From Phoronis australis (taxonomy: Eukaryota; Animalia; Phoronida): a DNA stretch of 64,000 bases. Below the pieces are notes generated by a model that saw only the letters and a program-made list of their open reading frames with translations, was not told the DNA's origin and did not search any database. Positions 36,369 to 50,300 of this stretch are shown piece by piece (the first letter of the stretch is position 1; the number at the start of each line of letters is the position of its first letter). Made by a program: the position numbers and the translations under genes. The DNA lies in the NCBI GenBank assembly GCA_002633005.1, contig NMRA01000165.1, positions 285,958-349,957 on the forward strand, in the 5' to 3' direction.

Positions 36369-37115
36369 ATGTCAAAGAAACGACACAAAGGATTTGGACC
36401 GTTCTTGTCTCCAAGGTATATCAGGCGGTTGCCCCCTATTGAAGAAGAAAGGAACCCAAAGTCTCACAACGTAGAACAGAAAAAATCTCGGAAACACATC
36501 CACGGATCAAAAAATTCCAATCGTCCTACTGCGAAAGAAACAGCCCCGACGACTTCGCTACCAGTATTTATAGATGGCCGGTTAGCTATAAAGAATTACG
36601 GAAATGACGTGGACTCGTTGGTGAATGCTTATTTACAACTGTCTAACAAGCGGGCGATCAATGTGTTAGATCCACTGACCGCAGGTCAGTGTAAATGCTG
36701 TGCCAAAATTAACAATGAGAACATGAAAAGAGCAGGACTAGCGAATTCTAGCCGGGATGTTCCGATTTTTAATGAAGACTTGAGTGATGACGAAATATCG
36801 TCTTACGGTAGCAGTGACATCCCTACATTCATGCCGTCAATGTATCGGTCTAAGACAGCCACACTAAACCCACAATACACACGCCCAAAAGGTTTTGTCA
36901 GCAGTGATTTACCTGTAGGTGTGTTCCAACGCGCTCGTCCACTTGCTGAAGGCACATTGATACCTAAGCCTCGATACGCTGTGAGATTTATTGAGCAAGC
37001 CCCAATACTGGAATCTGCGACGGGCACGGATAGTTTCGGTGAAGGTGACTTTGATGAATCACAGTATCTTACCTCTATGAACAAACTACATAGGACAATC
37101 AACAACTTCACGTAA
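36369..37115 (+). CDS. Hypothetical protein, 248 aa, no recognised domain
   Basis: Uninterrupted 747-nt ORF in stop-rich DNA. An acceptor (ttttgattttag) lies immediately before the ATG, a probable 5' UTR exon at ~35851-35918 ends in gtaagt, and AATAAA is at 37125-37130. Confidence 0.75.
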   Translation: MSKKRHKGFGPFLSPRYIRRLPPIEEERNPKSHNVEQKKSRKHIHGSKNSNRPTAKETAPTTSLPVFIDGRLAIKNYGNDVDSLVNAYLQLSNKRAINVLDPLTAGQCKCCAKINNENMKRAGLANSSRDVPIFNEDLSDDEISSYGSSDIPTFMPSMYRSKTATLNPQYTRPKGFVSSDLPVGVFQRARPLAEGTLIPKPRYAVRFIEQAPILESATGTDSFGEGDFDESQYLTSMNKLHRTINNFT

Positions 37116-37544
37116 CTCAATATGAATAAAGGGACATTCTCGGTGAGAAATATAATTTCAAATGAATTTGCAGTAGCGCAAAGTCCCGGCCAGCCGCCTA
37201 CTCCCAGGAAGCAGTAGAATGCTGTGCCGTTGAGCCAACTCTCAAACGTTGAGTAGCTGAGTATTTAAGCCTATGTTAAAGATGCCTACTTGATTTCATG
37301 TCTCGCAGACTGGGGCGGGAATTAACAATTTGTAATGAAATAACAACGCAACGGATTTTGTCGTTTTATATTTCCGGTCAAAGCTAGCAACTTCATTAAG
37401 TCTGTTCCACCTAACAATAATCCAAAAATGCGTTTTTCTACCGTAAAATCAATAATTCTCCTTGAACACAGATATATTAATTACTTTAACTGAGATGTTG
37501 TGTGAAAAGATATTTGCTGAGGCTGATTTTCTAATCTGTTGATT

Positions 37545-40500
37545 ACTCATCAATTTGCCACTGTCAGTTATCACAGTTTCAAGCTCAGAAGAGCGCCTCT
37601 TAGAATTTAATAGCGCAATCATCACATTTACAATAAATTCCAAAAATAATATAAGATTGAAATAACAAGATCGGCGCCGTTGTGCCTTGCTTTATTTATA
37701 AACATTTTAAAAACTTGAATTTTTTTACTAATTCGATTCATCAGATTTTGTTATATTTTGACTAACCTGTTGTTAAACATGGCATAGTATTCAAAGTAAG
37801 AAGCACAAATTTGGAAGCTTTTCAATGACAGTTGTACAAACCAAGTTATTGAATACCCGAAAAGCATTTCCAGCATGAAAACATGTCTTGCAATTTCACA
37901 GGTGCTGAAATCAATGTTTTGAAAAAGCACTGCATATCTACGTACTGTTGGATCATGGGACCGGGGTATAATCATTGTACTCGAAATGGAATTTAAAATT
38001 ATTTTGTCATTTTCCGTGTTACATGAAAGCCACCTATGTCTACACATGTGGTTAGTAAAAAATAAACTAGTATTCGTTTCAACAATTTATCTCCCTACAT
38101 GAGCGAAACAACAACCTGTTTCGAGTATCAGCAAAATGATTATATATCTAGTATGCAGAATGTGTACATGTACAAAAGACAAATATCTAGGGATTACAAG
38201 ATAAACTACCGATGCAATAATGGGAGAAATTAAAGTAAGGTATATATTAAGAATGATATAACCTAAACTTTAGTATGTTTGGTACAACAAAGGAAAAAAG
38301 AATGAATACGTTAAGCATTATACCATACTATAAGAAGATCCACATTACAAAGAAAAACTAGAAATAAAAAATGGCAATGCAGGCGTAACTATATGATTGA
38401 AATTCGTTACACTGCGCAGGGAGACAAGAATGACGTTCGTACCATACTGCTTATTGCACATTTAACAGAATAAAAAGCAAGCGTTGACTGTGTATTCTGT
38501 AAAACTTATTGTTAAATGCGAAAGTAACAGCACCCATCAGGCAGTCAACACACGTGATTGTCGAATAAGGATGCCAGTACAATTAGGAGCCTATGAATTG
38601 TGGCACCCAACAGTTTTTAAGCCACGTTTGTATCCCCAAATTCATTAACAATTGGCACCTGCTGGGTTAGCTCGGTATTTTGAGTTTGTACTGCGTGTGA
38701 ATGACATTTGCTTGATTATTGTTGACCCGTTGATCTTGGCTTTTTTTAAACATAACTATTATCAGGAAGAGATAACCTGCTATTAGCTGTAGCGGAAAAC
38801 TGAAATTTACTAGTAAATTACGGCACCCTTCAGACACTTCGGAAAATCAGGTTGAACGACACCCATCTTTTGCCCGATTTCTATTACTTGAAGGGGTTTG
38901 ACAGTCTCAGAGTGAATGCCTTGTCTGTCGGTTCACTAGTAATTGCCACCGATGGTAGCTTTGAGGTGAACTGCTGACGGATCTGTTGTATTTTTGCTCG
39001 TTTATTTAAGTGACCGGCTGCACTTGTGGTCGTAAACGATGGAAAAATCACATCGATATCAGTTTTTATAGCGTGTAATGTTTTTGAAGTCTTTTGCTCA
39101 ATTGTGCTCCCTGTGAAACGTCAGAGAGGGGGAGCTACCTGCACCTTGTTTTTCACACCCAAACTGCTGAGTGCCACCGCTGTCCGAGGAAAATGACTAC
39201 GTGTAGGTACCCTTCACTGAACTCAAAGGATTCGTAAAAAATGACTGCCCTTCATAAATTTCTCTCAGTTTGCAAACTCTGGTGTTTTTGACGTTCCCGC
39301 ATAGTAATCGCATGTGAATGATGACTATGGGCGAACTTGGTAGTCGTAAAAGATGGCTAAATTAATTTGGAGTCAGTTTTATTTGACTTTGAGCAATGTA
39401 TAGTTTTGAAAGTTCAATGGAACTGGTTCACTCAAGCCAAAAACGAACATAAAATCCTCTAATGCCACCTATTGCATATTGTAAGAATCGAATGAAAAGT
39501 ACTTCCTGATTTTGCATACCAGTGTAGCTAGGGTTGTGATAAGCGTGTGCGTGTTCGGTCATCGTATACCAGACTCTGATCAGGGCCTACACTGGTTCTC
39601 GCCGGAAATGCGTAAACTTATCCTTCCCAGCTAGCTCAGACACGAACGCAGGCAGACGTCAAAAGTCACTGTTGCCAGTTTCCCTATTTCAAACTGGCGA
39701 CCCGGAGAAGTGCATACAAGCCTAGCTTTGGTCGGCCCTTTTCAACNACTCATCAATTTGCCACTGTCAGTTATCACAGTTTCAAGCTCAGAAGAGCGCC
39801 TCTTAGAATTTAAAAGCCCAATCATCACATTTACATTAAATTCCCAAAATAATATAAGATTGAAATAACAAGATCGGCGCCGTTGTGCCTTGCTTTATTT
39901 GTAAACATTTTAAAAACTTAATTTTTTTTACTAATTCGAGTCATCAGATTTTGTTATATTTTGACTAACCTGTTGTTAAACATGGCATAGTATGAAAGTA
40001 AGAAGCACAAATTTGGAAGTTTTTCAATGACAGTTGTACAAACCAAGTTATTGAATACCCGAAAAGCATTTCCAGCATGAAAACATGTCTTGCAATTTCA
40101 CATGTGTTGAAATCAATGTTTTGAAAAAGCCGCTGCATATCTACGTACGGTTGGATCATGGGACCGGGGTATAATTATTGTACTCGAAATAGAATTTAAA
40201 ATTATTTTGTCATTTTCCGTGTTACATGAAAGCCACCTATATCTACACATGTGGTTAGTAAAAATAAACTAGTATTCGTTTCAACAATTTATCTCCCTAC
40301 ATGAGCGAAACAACAACCTGTTTCGAGTATCAGCAAAATGGTTATATATCTAGTATGTAGAATGTGTACATGTACAAAGGACAAATATCTAGGGATTACA
40401 ATATAAACTACCGATGCAATAATGGGAGAAATTAAAATAAGGTATAGATTAAGAATGATATAACCTAAACTTTAGTATGTTTGGTACAACAAAGGAAAAA

Positions 40501-41974
40501 AGAATGAATACGTTATGCATTATACTATACTATAAGAAGATCCACATTACAAAGAAATACTAGAAATAAAAAATGGCAATGCAGGCGTAACTATATGATT
40601 GAAAGTCGTTACACTGCGCAGGGAAACAAGAATGACGTTCGTACCGGCATACTGCTTATTGCACATTTAACAGAATAAAAAGCAAGCGTTGACTGTGTAT
40701 TCTGTGAAACTTATTGTAAAATGCGAAAGTAACAGCACCCATCAGGCAGTCAACACACGTGATTTTCGAATAAGGATGTCAATACAATTAGGAGCCTATG
40801 AATTGTGGCACTCAACAGTTTTTAAGCCACGTTTGTATCCCCAGATTCATTAACTATTGGCACCTGCTGGGTTAGCTCGGTATTTTGAGTTTGTACTGCG
40901 TGTGAATGACATTTGCTTGATTATTGTTGACCCGTTGATCGTGGCTTTTCTTAATCATAACTATTATCAGGAAGAGATAACCTGCTATTAGCTGTAGCGG
41001 AAAATTGAAATTTACGAGTAAATTACGGCGCCCTTCAGACACTTCGGAAAATCAGGTTGAACGACACCCATCTTTTGCCCGATTTCTATTACTTGAAGGG
41101 GTTTGACAGTCTCAGAGTGAATGCCTTGTCTGTCGGTTCATTAGTAATTGCCACCGATGGTAGCTTTGAGGTGAACTGCTGACGGATCTGTTGTATTTTT
41201 GCTCGTTTATTTAAGTGACCGGCTGCACTTGAGGTCGTAAACGATGGAAAATCACTTCGATATCAGTTTTTATAGCGTGTAAGGTTTTTGAAGTCTTTGG
41301 CTCAGTTGTGCTCCCTGTGAAACGTCAGAGGGGGGGAGCTACCTGCACCTTGTTTTTCACACCCAAACAGCTGAGTGCCACCTTACACCAAGCCGACTCC
41401 GCCAGGGCGGTCCGAGGAAAATGACTACGTGTAGGTACCCTTCACTGAACTCAAAGGATTCGTAAAAAATGACTGCCCTTCATAAATTTCTCTCAGTTTG
41501 CAAACTCTGGTGTTTTTGACGTTCCCGCATAGTAATCGCATGTGAATGATGACTATGGGCGAACTTGGTAGTCGTAAAAGATGGCTAAATTAATTTGGAG
41601 TCAGTTTTATTTGACTTTGAGCAATGTATAGTTTTGAAAGTTCAATGGAACTGGTTCACTCAAGCCAAAAACGAACATAAAATCCTCTAATGCCACCTAT
41701 TGCATATTGTAAGAATCGAATGAAAAGTACTTCCTGATTTTGCATACCAGTGTAGCTAGGGTTGTGATAAGCGTGTGCGTGTTCGGTCATCGTATACCAG
41801 ACTCTGATCAGGGCCTACACTGGTTCTCGCCGGAAATGCGTAAACTTATCCTTCCCAGCTAGCTCAGACACGAACGCAGGCAGACGTCAAAAGTCACTGT
41901 TGCCAGTTTCCCTATTTCAAACTGGCGACCCGGAGAAGTGCATACAAGCCTAGCTTTGGTCGGCCCTTTTCAAC
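37545..41974. repeat. ~2.2-kb tandem duplication across a single-N join (probably haplotype duplication)
   Basis: 37545-39746 is repeated at 39748-41974 with scattered SNPs and small indels. The junction is the lone n at 39747. Confidence 0.85.
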
Positions 41975-44321
41975 GGTAAGCCTGGCTAATATATTATAAG
42001 CTTTATAACTACCCTGACAATAAAATTCTGGATTGAGGTTATTAGGCCAATCAATCTGGATTCAAAGGTTGTAGTGACTCAAAATTTCACTCGTCACGTC
42101 GAGGTGATGTAGCAGAGAGACCGAGCACCTCAACTATGGAGCGTGAAATTCTTTATCTTTAATTGTATTGAAATTTTGAAACTTCTGTGGCATATTTTAT
42201 TGCTTGTTTTATTTGCAATTGAGGCAGTGAATTGGAAATCAGCGCTTCTTTAACCTTGGATACGCCACGGTTGTTCATGACGTTTTAAAAAAACTTGTGT
42301 AGTGAACTTGAATTGTCAAGTCAATTGGTTTCAGTTTCGATTTCAAATACTCGCTTCGCAAGCACTTTCTAGTACTTTAGGTGTGTTCATATGTAACCAG
42401 TGAACGTAACCTGTACTGCATAATAGCTCTGGTGAAAAGATCTATTATGAACAAATATTAGAATGATTAAGAATATAATTGTGAAGTTATCAGAAATTCA
42501 TGGTATGCAGGGGCGGATCCAGGTTTTTTAAAAGGGGTCGGATCAAGGATTTTAAAAGGGGTCCAAGTCAACAATTTGAAAATTTTAGATGTGATATCAC
42601 TAAAATCAAGGGAAAAAGGGGGATCCGAACCCCCTTGACCCCCCCTCTGATATGGGGATTTAGTTAAACATTAGGCTGTTAACAACCATTACAGTGCAAT
42701 ATTTTGCTTATCCCGAGATTAAAATAAATACTAAATTCACATATCGTCCGATTAGAGGGCAGGTCTGAAAAATGCCACTTAATAGCCCGTCTAGTCGTTC
42801 GCCCCCTAAATAATATAAGGCTACATTCCAGTGGCGTCATTCTTAAGTTAAACTCCTGTCGCCAATGATGATCATTTTGTGCACAATGTTAAGCTAAGTA
42901 TTCGTAAGATGGCTGCTTGGAAGCATTTGTGAAAGAATGTTTTAAGCGGTTGATCAGACGTCTTATCTTTCTAAAAATTCACATCTGACCGTAATATGCA
43001 CACGACTCAAAACGTTTGAAAGTTGGGAAAAAATAGTTTTAACTATCCGCCCGAGGGTACGAGGAGGTAAATAAACATAATATATTATATGGAAGGTCTT
43101 CACTATTAAGATTATGTAGGGGACAGTGCTTCAGAATTCTACTGCAAACAACCCCTGCTAACGGTGCTAACAGTTATATGACACATTATCTCTTAAGCTA
43201 AATAAAGTTTTTATTGATTTGTGTAATTCCCCAAAATTTAATTTAATCAAACATGAGTTCTCTGACACGACCGTTATGAGAACTCACTTTTGATGTTGAT
43301 ATGTCAAAATCAGTAACAGTGAGTTTATGTCATCATTTATGATGGGTCATTCGTCGAATAGTTCTTGCACTCTGCTATCCTTGAAGTTATGTTCACAGAA
43401 TGGCGTTTCGTGCGCGAAATAACAATGTTCGGATGATTGTGATCAAATGACTTTTTGGTGGCGTTGATTTTGGTGGTGCCCCACCAGAAATTAAGAATTT
43501 ATAGTATCTAAAATTCTCGTTTGTGTCATATCGATAAACCACTATATAGATTCGAGTTAAAATTCGCTTTGCGAAGTTATTCACTAAGATGACGCTGAAA
43601 GAATTTCTTTAAGCATCGTGGAATTTATTCATGCAGAAAATTCAATTTGTCCATTGGCGTCTCTTGTACGACACTTACGCCACACTTAGAAGTTGTCGAC
43701 GCGATATTTCAAGAAAATTTGCTCACATTTTGAATCAAGGGTAGGCCTATAGATGGCCATCCCCAGACGCCAATTGATTTTGGTGACCTTGATTTCATTT
43801 ACAAGTTCAAAACGAGAAAATCAAGCTTTAATTTTGAAAGTGAGTTGTTGGCGCAATGTCTCAAGAAGGAAGCTTTAGATTTTGTTCATAGTTTGCACCC
43901 ACGTGCAGGCCCATTTCCAATTACCTTGATGAAGTTTCCAAGGTTATTGCAACAAGAGCTGGAGCTATATCACATCATGTACTTTGAAAACTAAATTTTT
44001 TCATTTGAAAATCGTGATAGTTCCATTGAGTGCTCTTTTAGATATGTTTGTGGTGAATTGTTATAAAGATATCTGTCTGTCTTATCTTCACTCTCAAAAA
44101 GTCACCACCACATAAAGTTATAGCCTTAAAAATTTGTCACAGTACAATCCGAGGTGGTGGTGGACAAATTAGTGACTCCATAACAGATGCTCGTTTTCCT
44201 TGCAGGAGGTCATGTGATCACAGGCCCCCACCAAACATCACCGGCTGCTCACGTCTAATTTTTGTTGCCGTTACACTAACAGAGTGGACAAAAAGTGATT
44301 AGCGGTACTAACGGAGACAAA

Positions 44322-47300
44322 ATGGCGGATGAACGTGAACCCTTGCTCGTGCTTCAACCCAACAGGAGTCGTTGTAAGGGTGTGGTTGCCATAGCATGCA
44401 TTTACATGGTCACACTCCTCCAGCGGAGCGCGTATTACTGCTTAGAGAATGCTCTGTCATTAATTGTGACCTCTAGAGGATACGATGGTAGACCGCTGCT
44501 TTTCCAAGGTTAGGCTAATTGTTCTCATATTTTTTCACCTCGTTACGTTGGCTTGAACAAGGAGATGTGCTAAATTGAACGTATTGAATGAAAGTTTGAT
44601 TTTTGTGTTGCAATTCATGCACATTGTAAAATGTGTTTTTGAATGGTGATCTAAGTCGTAAATGATATTTTTTTCGCTAAGGCGAACTACATGAGATTTT
44701 CTGTGCGATTGCAGTGGTCAGTAATTTTGACTGCATCCTTACACAAATAATGACACTAGTTTTGCTCAGTAATTCGAAGAAATTGAACCCAAACAAGTTG
44801 GCAAATCACCTCACCTAACTCACCTCTGGTGTAAGATTGAAAGTATTTTACAGGAACTGCCAACTTCTTCGGTGTATTCGGGGGGTTACTTTCTGATGCC
44901 GTTATAGGAACCCAGTTCTCAACACTCGTAGGAGCTATAATCATGTTTATTGGTAAGTCATCCGAATTTCTTTTTAGCCTCGTAATTCAGTTGATAGAGG
45001 TTGAGAAGGATATCGATAACTGTCGTATTAACTACTACCACAAGTAGACAGGCAGGGCGGCAGGCAGACAGACAGGGAGGCAAGATGGCAGGCAGGCAGG
45101 AAGACCTGCAGGGAGGCAGGCAGGGTGGCAGGCAGGCAGGAAGACCTGCATGATGGCAGGCAGGGTGGAACGCAGACAGGAAGACATGGAGGGTGGCAGG
45201 CAGGGTGGCGGGCAGACAGAAAGACATACATGCAAGCAGACGGGCGGAATTGCAGGCAGATGTAGATATATTTTAGGTTTTACTTGCCCATGTGACATCT
45301 TTTTGACACTTTAAAGTTGCTTTTCTCATTTCAGGTGCCACGATTTCTTTTTTTAATGCGTACGACGTGTTCCCGCAGGTAACAATTTCACTAGCTGCAC
45401 CAAATCACGAATTTTAATGATCTTTCAATGTGTAACACACTTTCTTAAAAATAAAAGTCAGCGAGAAGAACGCAGACACAAACAATTTTGGACATCAGTT
45501 TTAAGATAAGACAGGCACATGTGTGGCTGAAATTTTACGAGACCCAATAGCTTTTTCAGCTCTAAGTAGAATAAAATGGAAAGAGCTGTCGGATGGTCAT
45601 GTTATGACAAAATCTGGTCATGTGGTGTTATCTTTTATCCACTTCTTAAATTGAAAGTTACCAGGCAGTCACTGGGATTTGTTTTCTTAATCTTCCTACT
45701 GGGCACAAGAAAGTCTAGATTTTTCCCCAGTTTATGGAAAACGTTGGGCAATTAGCCGCAAAACCAATACAAAGCAAGCCTAGGGTGGTAAGCGCGAAAT
45801 CGAAATAGTTTTCAAGAACGCTGGTTAACGATTTAAGTAGGACTATGTCAACGAGAATGCGAATACTTGCCAGCATTCTACACCGTACTCGTGAAGTTGG
45901 CATGTATCCCAATAGCTTCACTTAGAACCCGTGTGCAAAACTGGGTAAGCACCCTAGTCAGCAGCCAGGACTTCACTCAAAACTGGTATAAATCCGTCTC
46001 CCGTCAAATAAATTGTATCTTGATTTAGATCATTTATCGATATAAAACTATTCTCAGCTTGTTCGTCTCTCAGATGAGTAGTGGTTTATGGGCTTCGGAA
46101 GCTGTTGCTAGAGACATTGCTCTACACAGTAAAGACCTGCCGTGACAACCCGACTTCATGAGCCTTGTTTTTATCAAATCTAAATGTCTTCCTTTTCCTA
46201 AAATCATCTCAAATTTAAATAAAGATTATGTTGACATCAAGTTCATTGCCGTAAGCGACGATCTAAATTAACATCTATTATTTTGACGGAAGACGGCTCA
46301 TAGCAACGTCGATCATTATAGAAATAAATTACAAGAACTCCCAATATGCTCTAAGCAAAGAGATAAAAAATCTTCTCAGGCTGGGTTGGGCATAACCCAG
46401 GTTACATGATACGAAGCATGCGTCTAGATGGTTTAGTTCTGCATTAAACATGTAGATATGCATGATACAGAAATGAAGAGAAAGACAAACTCCTCTTCGT
46501 ATTCTTGAACGGAACTGACAAACTTGATATGTTCTTTCGGGAAGAATCTGATGTTAATCAATGCATTACATACAAATACAACGTGGTCTTTGTTGAACGC
46601 GCGACATTCATGTCCCATGTTTTTCCAAGCAATATACAATCAATAATTAATGTCGTTTCTGAAAAATGTCACAATAAATTACAATGTCGTGAATTACGTC
46701 ATCTGCCATGTTTGAGGACCTACATTTCTGTATGGTTGTGGCAACGTAAAGCAAAGACTTATTTTGTTCGCTAAATTCTCAGCAGAATTTACTTACTATA
46801 ATGGTGAGTCATGTAATGTAGTTGGCTGTTCTAGCAGGGGTGATACAGATGTTACGTCGTTGCCTGGTCTTTCAAAAAGTATTTGGAAAAGACCGAAAAG
46901 TTGTGTCGGAATACGGCAGTCGAACCAAATTTATTTTCCAGTTGAAGAAATTCTTTAATATCATCGTAAAGATTATTCATCCCACACACCAAAAACAATT
47001 TTTAAAATTATCAAAATCGTGTTGGGCTGTACAAAGTTATTGCAACTTTAATGGCGAAATTTCGGTCACTTGTCTGGATGGGGTCAGCCATCTTGGTCGG
47101 CGGCATGCGTTATGAGTTTAAAACTGTTTATAATTTACATGTATTTTCACCACCAATATTTTGCAGTGAATTAAGTTATACATATCTTTACCTACTTCTG
47201 TACGATTCAACATTTTCCATCAGAATAAAGTCTCGTAGATGTTACCAGTGTGTGGTAAATGGCTCACAATTTCGGCACCAACAACATGGGGACATTTGGT

Positions 47301-50300
47301 GAACTGAAGGACAATTATGGCTACTTTGTAATCGGTGGACATTTAGCGACGATACATTTTGATAAACGCTGTTTAAAAAGCAACGTTGTTCAATTTCCAT
47401 GTTTTTTGTACTGAAAACGTAAGAAATAATTCCAATTAGTTCACTGTGAATTGCCAATTTTATTACATTTGTATAACGATTGGTGCATTTTTTGGGGGTG
47501 GTGTGGTGCTCTCAAAAGTGAACGAAGAATTTTAATTTTCATTTTTTGATGAGAATGTTCCAATTTATGTTAAAATGTTACGACAATAAGACCTATGGCG
47601 AAAAAATAAAAAATCTTTGTCCGTATTCCAGCAATGTAACAAAGACAACCCTCACACACCCGTTTATTGAGTCTATCCTATTGCTACGATGCGGCAAAAT
47701 AAGTCAATTGCCGGTGCTGCCCATTTTTCGTGGCGTGAATTTTGAAATCGAAGCAAACGCCCCGTGGAGAATGAAAATGTAGTTGAAGCCCGTGTAAACT
47801 GGGTGTTCCTGGATCTGTTAATGTGACATGAGTTTCATTTCACAAATTAATTTTTCTTGCGGGTTAAAATTGTTTTAAACGTGGATATTCACCAAAACAA
47901 GAGAGCGTAGCATTGCGTCCCAAGTCCTTTGCGTCCCGTGTTCTTTGTAACCCGGGTTCTATGTGTCCCAGGTTCTATTTGTCCCGTGTTATGGATTTCG
48001 GGCTGTATGTTTCCCGGGTTCCGATGTTTCCGGCCGGGTCTTTTGCGGTATAGTTCAGGCGCTAAGCGGACGAGTGTGCAAGTTTTAGATACAATCGCCA
48101 TTTTAGGTGCACGTGACAGTTTTGAAATGCTTTTTCGATCCTGTTATAGTTTTGAAATGCTTTTTCGATCCTGTTATAGACAAAAATTTGACCTCATTTA
48201 CCCTGATTTGCATGCATAATTAGGTCAAATTTTGCCATATCTCTGGAACCACTTGACAGAATCTCAGGATCTTTTGGTCGATTCAGGTTCACCAGGGCGC
48301 CCAATTAATTTTTGACACTTACGAGCTCGTTCAAGGTCAGGATCACGTGACAGTTTTCCCCAAAAACGAAATCTTTAGCCAAAAACGCACGTAACATTCA
48401 AACCACAGGAAGTATGTGCAGGTGTCATATGAAAATGCCATTCTTGGCCTAAATGACCATTTTGAGTTCTCCTTTTAAACCTGATGGAAAATAATCCACA
48501 TGAGAGTTTGTCAAGTAAATCAGCTATTTAGCAGCATCGTAATCCAGACAGTACCACATAGACACCAAAGCTGGCCAAGGAAAATAATGAAATGATCAAA
48601 AATTTTTGTGCGCGAGACTGCACTCGTGTACCCCGTCTCAACGAAGAAAAACCGTGGACTATAGCTATACAGAAGATACATGTTGTTTGGTAAATTCGAT
48701 TAAGATGCGACCTGTAGAGTGCAAAATACAAAAGAAAAATCGTGACAGAGTAATATAGGCCTTCTTCAGATCGACAAGTAATAAAGTGACGTGTTTTTAG
48801 GCATCCTCATTGGATCCTGGTCGTTGTCAGATCAAGCAATGCCCCCTGGAAATTTCGAATGCGAGCTGTATCTTGAAAATGCGCCTTTAGAGGTTGTGAG
48901 ATTTTGGTTTAATCGCAATCGGCGACGATTTTCTTGGCTGGTCGAGTGCTGAACAGGGACATATAGAACCCGGTGTGAAAGTAGCCATTACACCCCTGGT
49001 GAAATTGTCCGGCTTGCGTGTATTTGAATGAAGCATCCGGATATCCACTGAATAACTTATCCATATGCCGGCATTTAGATACATGCAGTTAGGACATTTT
49101 CAACAGGGGAACAATCACAACTACCACACTGAGACATACTGAACCCGGGAAACATACAACCCGTCCGATGAACAGAAAAATGGACACGTAGAACCTGGGA
49201 CACATGGAACCGGGATTCATAGAGCCCGGGATACATCGGGATGACCCCCAAAACAATAGGCCTATGTTCCCCGTCACTTTGTTCCCCTGTCTTTGTGCTC
49301 CCACGTCTCGATATTCTTAGTTCCAATGTTGAAATTTTATAGTAGTTTATGCCTCCGTTAAATCTCAATAGAGGTCGTACAATGTTAGTAAATCAATCAC
49401 TAGTAGCTATCAACTCGCGATAACAAGCGCCATTGCATGTCCTCCAACATGGCGTACTTCCGGGTTTTGATGACGTAATTTCAGACACTCTATAAATGCA
49501 ATGAATTTACAGTTCTCATGTCTTGACATCGAGTTACATGTTTCGTTATATTACTCTTTCAACACAATTGGCAGGTTTCTAGTCTGTTGTCAATTCACAC
49601 CTTGTGTTGTTTTTTGCAATAGGTGTCGGGCTCTACTTTGTTCGAGGTTGGCTTATACGTGCTGTCTCTGGGATCGGCAATATTTCAAACCTGTCTAGCT
49701 GTGTTGTGCGGAGAGCAGACGACGAGATACTTTGGAGCCAAAAATCTTATACGTGGTTACGTCGGGTAAAGGTTTCGTGTTGATCATATTGATTCGACGT
49801 ATTAGATTTAAATGAAAAAGTTTACATTGTGCACTTATGTTGCATGAGTAACTACGCGCGTATCTTATTGCTCTTAAAATGAGCAAATACTATGATTTGA
49901 ACATAATTGCTTCGATTTCTGCCACGTCTTCTTTAACTACATCTCACATTTAGTAAAAGTCCCAAGTGCTTCTGGTGTTCAGAATGGTGTTTGCCAGTTG
50001 GCGTTTGCTGTTACAAAGAACTATTTTATTTTCAGATATTATGTATTCGTCAACCTTGGATCTGTGATTGCTTCAGTCTACGTTGCTAAGATGTCAGATT
50101 CTGGAGCACTTTATCGCAACAATTCTACGTTTGTAATCTCAACAATCTGTGCAACCATTTTTGTTTTGATGCTAGGTTTCAGGGTCTTCACACGTTTGCC
50201 TCCAACAAATAGATGTAAGTTCTATGAATTAATAAATGAGCAGCAATAGAAACAATAAATAAATAAATAATAATAACCTAAGATTATTTGTAGACATTCT

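Noticed and set aside
39930-39955. Hammerhead-like CUGAUGA...GAA on the minus strand
   Set aside because: Lacks the GAAA core and supporting stems.
44958-45298. Cys/Pro-rich ORFs
   Set aside because: Translations of a GGCA microsatellite within an SLC15 intron.
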